The notes beneath the pieces were generated by a model. That model made no database searches, was not told the DNA's origin, and was given only the letters and a program-made list of their open reading frames with translations. The translations under genes were made by a program, and so were the position numbers. This document shows, piece after piece, positions 59,451 to 64,000 of a DNA stretch of 64,000 nt (its first letter is position 1; each line of letters begins with the position of its first letter). Location: contig JAJCYV010000027.1 of the NCBI GenBank assembly GCA_029262695.1, positions 811 to 64,810 on the forward strand, in the 5' to 3' direction. The stretch comes from Chloroflexota bacterium (GTDB lineage Bacteria; Chloroflexota; Dehalococcoidia; SM23-28-2; RBG-16-64-32).

Positions 59451-60632
59451 ATGACTACCGCAACGGAGATCCACGGCCTCTGCAAGCCTGGCTATGAACG
59501 CGTCCGCGAGGCCTTCGCCCGAAATTTCGAGGAGCACGGCGAGGTTGGCGCGGCGCTCTCGCTCGTCGTCGACAGCGAGACCGTGGTCGATCTCTGGGGT
59601 GGCCACGCCGACGGCGCCCTCACACGCCCGTGGGAGGAAGACACGATAGTCAACACCTTCTCGACGACGAAGGGCGTTACGACGGTCTGCGCGCTGCGGT
59701 TGATCGAGCAAGGGAAGCTGGACGTGGATGCGCCTGTGGCGACGTACTGGCCGGAGTTCGCGGCCGGTGGGAAAGAGGACATCACGGTTCGCCAGTTGAT
59801 CAGCCACCGCGCCGGTCTTCCCGGCATAGACGCTATGCTCCCGGTGGAGAAGGCCTACGAATGGGAGCCGCTGTCGGAGGCGCTGGCCGTGCAGAAGCCG
59901 CACTGGGAACCGGGCTCGAAGTTTGGCTACCACGCGATCACGTTCGGGGCGCTGGTTGGCGAGGTGATCCGCCGCATCAGCGGTAAGAGCGTCGGCACGT
60001 TCTGGCGCGAAGAGATCGCCGAGCCGTTTGGCATCGACTTCCACCTTGGCTTCGGTGAGGAGCTGGACGACCGCTGCGCGACGATGATTCCGGCGCCGCT
60101 GCCGGACCTCTCGGAGGTTGACCACCCGCTGGCAAAGGCGATGCTCGACCCGACGTCGCTGACGTTCAAGGCGTTCATGATCACGCCGCTGATGATGGTC
60201 AACCCGCTCTATATGAACTCGCGAGAGTGGCGTGCCGCCGAGGTGCCGGCAGCGAACGGCCACGGATCGGCTCGCGCCCTGGCGCGTCTCTACGGCGCGC
60301 TGGCCACGGGCGGAACGCTGGACGGCGCGTCGGTGCTCAAGCAGGAGACGATCGAGTTGGCGACGCAGACGCAGTCGCAGGGTGAGGACGCGATCCTGCT
60401 CTTCCCGATGCGGTTCGGGCTCGGCTTCCTGCTGGACATTCCGGAGTTCCAGATCAGCCCCAACGGTACGGTCTTCGGGCATGCCGGGATGGGCGGCTCG
60501 TTTGGCTTCGCCGATCCGGAAGCGAAGTACGGCGTGGGCTACGTGATGAACAAGATGATGCTGCCGGACCCCGAGAACCGGGAGGACCCGCGCTGGCGCG
60601 GGATGTTCGACGCGATCTACGAGTCCGTCTAG
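59451..60632 (+). CDS. serine hydrolase of the beta-lactamase/PBP fold (class C / EstB-esterase-like)
   Basis: 393 aa with a GGAGGG RBS. The S-x-x-K motif is FSTTKGVT. The YxN-like motif is …YHAITFG…. The HxG triad is …GHAGMGGS. Confidence 0.85.
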   Translation: MTTATEIHGLCKPGYERVREAFARNFEEHGEVGAALSLVVDSETVVDLWGGHADGALTRPWEEDTIVNTFSTTKGVTTVCALRLIEQGKLDVDAPVATYWPEFAAGGKEDITVRQLISHRAGLPGIDAMLPVEKAYEWEPLSEALAVQKPHWEPGSKFGYHAITFGALVGEVIRRISGKSVGTFWREEIAEPFGIDFHLGFGEELDDRCATMIPAPLPDLSEVDHPLAKAMLDPTSLTFKAFMITPLMMVNPLYMNSREWRAAEVPAANGHGSARALARLYGALATGGTLDGASVLKQETIELATQTQSQGEDAILLFPMRFGLGFLLDIPEFQISPNGTVFGHAGMGGSFGFADPEAKYGVGYVMNKMMLPDPENREDPRWRGMFDAIYESV

Positions 60633-60801
60633 GCGGGCTTCCGCGCGCGGAGGTTGAACCCGCCCTCTTTCCTGATGTTGATCGTAGCGTCCGTGAACCC
60701 GGCCGCCTCCAGGCGTGGCTGAAGCGTCTCCGGACCGATGCCGGATTTGCCTCGCGCCCTCCGATTCCCTAGCCTTTAGGTCAGTCGAAAGGAGATGACT
60801 C

Positions 60802-61824
60802 TTGCGCTTCCTCTTGCAGGCTGACGTACCCAGCGAATCAACGACAGACAAGATCGAAGACTGGGCACTCGACCACGGTCTGACGATTGGCGGGATCGCG
60901 ATATTCGTGGTCATTGCGATAATCGCGATCAACATCATCGTGCCGCGGCTCGTGCGGGTGACCACGCAGACGCGGCTCGCCGGAAAGCCGCAGGAGGAGA
61001 TCGAGCAGCGGGCGGAGACGCTGACCCACGTCTTCACCCGGACCGGCGCGACGCTGCTCATTGTGCTCGGGTTCTTCACGGTTCTGCCGGAGCTGGGCGT
61101 GAACATCGGCCCGCTCCTCGCCGGCGTCGGCATCGCCGGTATCGCGGTCGGCTTCGGTGCGCAGAGCCTCGTCAAGGACATCATCTCCGGTATGTTCATC
61201 CTCATCGACAACCAGTACGGCAAGGGCGACGTGGTGGAGATCGCGGACAAGACTGGCGTTGTGCAGGACATCGGCCTGCGGCGGACGGTGCTGCGCGACC
61301 TGGATGGGATTGTGCACTACGTTCCCAACGGCGAGATCGTCGTTTCGAGCAACATGACGCAGGAGTACTCACGCGTGAACCTCAACGTCTCGGTGTCGTA
61401 CTCGGAGGACCTGGATCGCGTGATGGCTGTGATCAACCAGGTCGGCGAAGAGCTGGCGGCGGACGACGACTGGAAGGCCGTGATCCTTTCGCCGCCGAGG
61501 TCGCTGCGCGTCGATTCGTTCGGCGACTCGGGCATCGATATCAAGATCCTGGGCGACGTGCAGCCGATCCGGCAGTGGGAAGTGATGGGCGAGCTGCGGC
61601 GGCGGCTGAAGCGGCGCTTCGACGAGGAGGGCATCGAGATCCCCTTCCCGCACCGGGTCATGGTTCACGAGGCGAAAGCGGCCGGGCTGCCAGCCGAGGT
61701 CCGGCTGGCGCGGGGCGACGATCTGTCCCCGCTGAAGGACATGGACCCCGGCCCGAGCGAGGACGTGCTGCGCCGCTTGCCGAGCGAGGCAAGCGAGGGC
61801 GGGCAGGGCGAAGGCGGCGAGTAG
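60802..61824 (+). CDS. mechanosensitive ion channel (MscS family)
   Basis: TTG start with an AAAGGAG RBS 7 nt upstream; the nearby ATG is out of frame. The TM3 pore helix and beta-domain are …GIAGIAVGFGAQSLVKDIISGMFILIDNQYGKGDVVEI…VQDIGLRRTVLRDLDG…. Confidence 0.85.
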   Translation: MRFLLQADVPSESTTDKIEDWALDHGLTIGGIAIFVVIAIIAINIIVPRLVRVTTQTRLAGKPQEEIEQRAETLTHVFTRTGATLLIVLGFFTVLPELGVNIGPLLAGVGIAGIAVGFGAQSLVKDIISGMFILIDNQYGKGDVVEIADKTGVVQDIGLRRTVLRDLDGIVHYVPNGEIVVSSNMTQEYSRVNLNVSVSYSEDLDRVMAVINQVGEELAADDDWKAVILSPPRSLRVDSFGDSGIDIKILGDVQPIRQWEVMGELRRRLKRRFDEEGIEIPFPHRVMVHEAKAAGLPAEVRLARGDDLSPLKDMDPGPSEDVLRRLPSEASEGGQGEGGE

Positions 61825-61836
61825 ACCGCCGCGCCA

Positions 61837-63297
61837 CTACCCCTTGACGACGCCGATCGGTCGCATGCGGCAGACTTTGTCCGCGATTCCGGCCTCGTGC
61901 AGCACGTCGATGACGAGCGCCACGTCCTTGTACGCTTCACTGGCCTCTTCGGCGAGCAGCCTGGGGTTCTGCACGCGGACGTAGATGCCTTGATCGGCCA
62001 TCCGCTGTGCGACGTCGACGCCCTTGAGCAGGCGCCGCGCCTGATTGCGGCCGCGGACGCGCCCCGCGCCGTGGCAGCTTGAGCCCCACGTCTCGGCCAT
62101 CGCCTGCTTCGTCCCGGCGGCGATGTACGAGTAGCGCGCCATGTCACCCGGCACCAGAACCGGCTGACCGATCTTCTGGTACCTGGCCGGGATGTCGTGA
62201 TGGCCCGGCGCGAACGCCCGCGTGGCGCCCTTGCGGTGGACGCAGAGATTCATCTCATGCCCGTTCACCTGGTGGCGCTCCATCTTTGCGATGTTGTGCG
62301 CGACGTCGTAGACGAGGTGCATCCCCATGTCTTCACGCGCCCGGCGACCAAGGACACGCTCGAAGATTTCGCGTGTCCAGTGCGTGATGAGCTGGCGGTT
62401 GGCGAACGCGAAGTTAGCGGCCGCGGTCATCGCCGCGAAGTAGTCGCGGCCTTCATCGGACGAAATCGGCGCACACGCCAGCTGCTTGTCCGGCAGTTCT
62501 ATGTCGTAGCGGGCGGCTGCGACTTCCATGACGTCGAGGTAGTCCTGGCAGACCTGGTGGCCGAGGCCGCGCGAGCCGCAGTGGATGAAGACGATTACCT
62601 GGCCGGGGCCGGTGACGCCCATCGCCGCTGCGGCTTCGGGCCAGTAGACTTCGTCGATGACCTGCACTTCAAGGAAGTGGTTCCCCGACCCGAGCGTCCC
62701 CAGCTGCGGGCTGCCGCGGCTCTTCGCCTTGTCGCTCACCTTGTTGGGGTCGGCGCCGCTCAGGGCGCCGCGGCTCTCGATCGACTCGATGTCTTCCGGC
62801 CAGGCGTATCCCTGATCGAGGGCCCACTGCGCGCCCCGCCTCAGCACGTCGTCGAGATCTGCGCGCCCGGCGCGCACGAGGCCGTGGCCCCCGACTCCGG
62901 CAGGGATGTCGCGGAAGATCTGGTCCAGTAGCTCCTTGACGTGCGGCCGCACTTCTTCCTCAGTGAGGTCGGTGCGGAGGACACGAGTGCCACAGTTGAT
63001 GTCGAAACCGACGCCTCCGGGCGAGATCACACCACCGTCCTCGCGCATCGCTGCTACGCCGCCGATGGGGAAGCCGTATCCCCAGTGGATGTCGGGCATC
63101 GCCAGCGAGTAGCGGACGATGCCGGGAAGGAAGGCGACGTTAGCGACTTGCTCGATCGCCTCGTCCTGCCCGATCACGTCCAGCAGCTCCTCGGAGGCGA
63201 AGATGAGACCAGGAACGCGCATGCCCTGCCTGTACTCCTGTGGCAAGAGCCAGCGCTGGTCATCGACCTTTTCGAGAGTGCGCTTCCAGTCCGTCAT
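61837..63297 (-). CDS. rtcB: RNA-splicing ligase RtcB
   Basis: 486 aa with a GGAGAT RBS. The RtcB family metal/His-GMP site context is …HCGSRGLGHQV… and …SSCHGAGR…; the N-terminus …LPGIVRYSLAMPDIHWGYGFPIGG… and overall length also fit. Confidence 0.9.
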   Translation of the reverse strand: MTDWKRTLEKVDDQRWLLPQEYRQGMRVPGLIFASEELLDVIGQDEAIEQVANVAFLPGIVRYSLAMPDIHWGYGFPIGGVAAMREDGGVISPGGVGFDINCGTRVLRTDLTEEEVRPHVKELLDQIFRDIPAGVGGHGLVRAGRADLDDVLRRGAQWALDQGYAWPEDIESIESRGALSGADPNKVSDKAKSRGSPQLGTLGSGNHFLEVQVIDEVYWPEAAAAMGVTGPGQVIVFIHCGSRGLGHQVCQDYLDVMEVAAARYDIELPDKQLACAPISSDEGRDYFAAMTAAANFAFANRQLITHWTREIFERVLGRRAREDMGMHLVYDVAHNIAKMERHQVNGHEMNLCVHRKGATRAFAPGHHDIPARYQKIGQPVLVPGDMARYSYIAAGTKQAMAETWGSSCHGAGRVRGRNQARRLLKGVDVAQRMADQGIYVRVQNPRLLAEEASEAYKDVALVIDVLHEAGIADKVCRMRPIGVVKG

Positions 63298-63303
63298 ATC
63301 TCC

Positions 63304-63768
63304 TCAAATGTCAAAGAGTACCGTCGCACGGTAGCCGTCCTCCTCGTGGGACAGGTCAAGCATGTGCCGGGTGACGGCCTTCACGCCAAGGCGCAGTTCG
63401 TGACGCTCCCGGTTGATCGGCTCGCCGAACGCGGTAGCGGTGATGTGCTGCTCGTCAATGCGGGAGACGTCGAAGCGCCCGAACAGGAGCTCCTCGGCGT
63501 CGACGTAGAACAGTAGCTCGGCCAGCCAGGCGACGACGAGTCCTTCAACGTCGCGCGCTTCGACGGTGATCTCGCGGCGCACGTCGTTGCGGACGGTCTC
63601 CGGGGCGACCATGAGCGAGAACATACCGGCCGCGGCGTTCTGGAACAGCTCGGCGAGCGTTGCGCCGTGGGCCACGATCCCGGCGTCGGCGGTGTGCTCG
63701 ATCAGTTCGAAGGGAGGTTGTGGCGTGGCGTGTACTCCTTTGTGGCGATTATAGACCGCTGGAGTCAC
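63304..63768 (-). CDS. archease (RtcB activator)
   Basis: 154 aa. The archease motif is …FELIEHTADAGIVAHGATLAELF…. The stop is 6 nt upstream of the rtcB start, which indicates an operon. Confidence 0.8.
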   Translation of the reverse strand: MTPAVYNRHKGVHATPQPPFELIEHTADAGIVAHGATLAELFQNAAAGMFSLMVAPETVRNDVRREITVEARDVEGLVVAWLAELLFYVDAEELLFGRFDVSRIDEQHITATAFGEPINRERHELRLGVKAVTRHMLDLSHEEDGYRATVLFDI

Positions 63769-64000
63769 GGCAACTGAAACGAATGTTGGGTGAAAGGTGT
63801 TGTAACAGTTGGATGACCGAGCCGTCCTAACATGTAGAGACCGGAATCTGTAAACTGTAATTCGACAGCGATGAGTAAAACGCCAAATCTCTTTACTAAT
63901 TCGGTTAACCTTTCCGAAATCAGTGGCGTTGTACTCAGCAAGGATCTGACAATTCGAGGGGCGACCTCCTTCTGGTCCGTCTGAAATAAGGCGGACACAA

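Overview
This 64 kb window is high-GC (roughly 65-70%), densely packed bacterial chromosomal DNA. It looks like core genome rather than an accessory island. The phylum guess is inference only: the gene content (class I FBA, dockerin-like and PD40 secreted proteins, RtcB plus archease, LLM and P450 oxidoreductases) would fit a Chloroflexota or Thermomicrobia-like organism. I call 57 CDS, one of them a nonsense-interrupted pseudogene, and three tRNAs: Met/CAT, Gly/GCC and Phe/GAA. Recognisable modules are pckA; a prmC-prfA-hisS run with a divergent relA/spoT; a four-gene amino-acid ABC importer; pfk plus class I fba; lpdA with E1alpha, E1beta, E2 and lipB; a YbbA/YbbP-like ABC exporter; a peptide/nickel ABC importer; ald; pcrA; and rtcB with archease. 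No CRISPR array, integrase, transposase, toxin or defence gene was recognised, so I do not see a clear novel 'system'. The most notable oddities are listed here. (1) A 53-nt duplication of the 3' part of tRNA-Phe, plus its terminator hairpin, brackets a 1.2 kb lower-GC insert carrying a single TPR gene. (2) Two copies of a tRNA-Gly-derived repeat carrying a GC hairpin flank the pfk-fba pair next to tRNA-Gly. (3) A CaiB/BaiF CoA-transferase gene has an in-frame TAG at a conserved Lys position. (4) Two secreted proteins end in Cys-containing dockerin-like repeats, with no cohesin partner in the window. (5) An unexplained 735-bp hairpin-rich non-coding stretch sits directly 3' of tRNA-Met. (6) GC content drops abruptly in the last ~230 bp. 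Many long antisense ORFs in the six-frame track are high-GC artefacts and were rejected.
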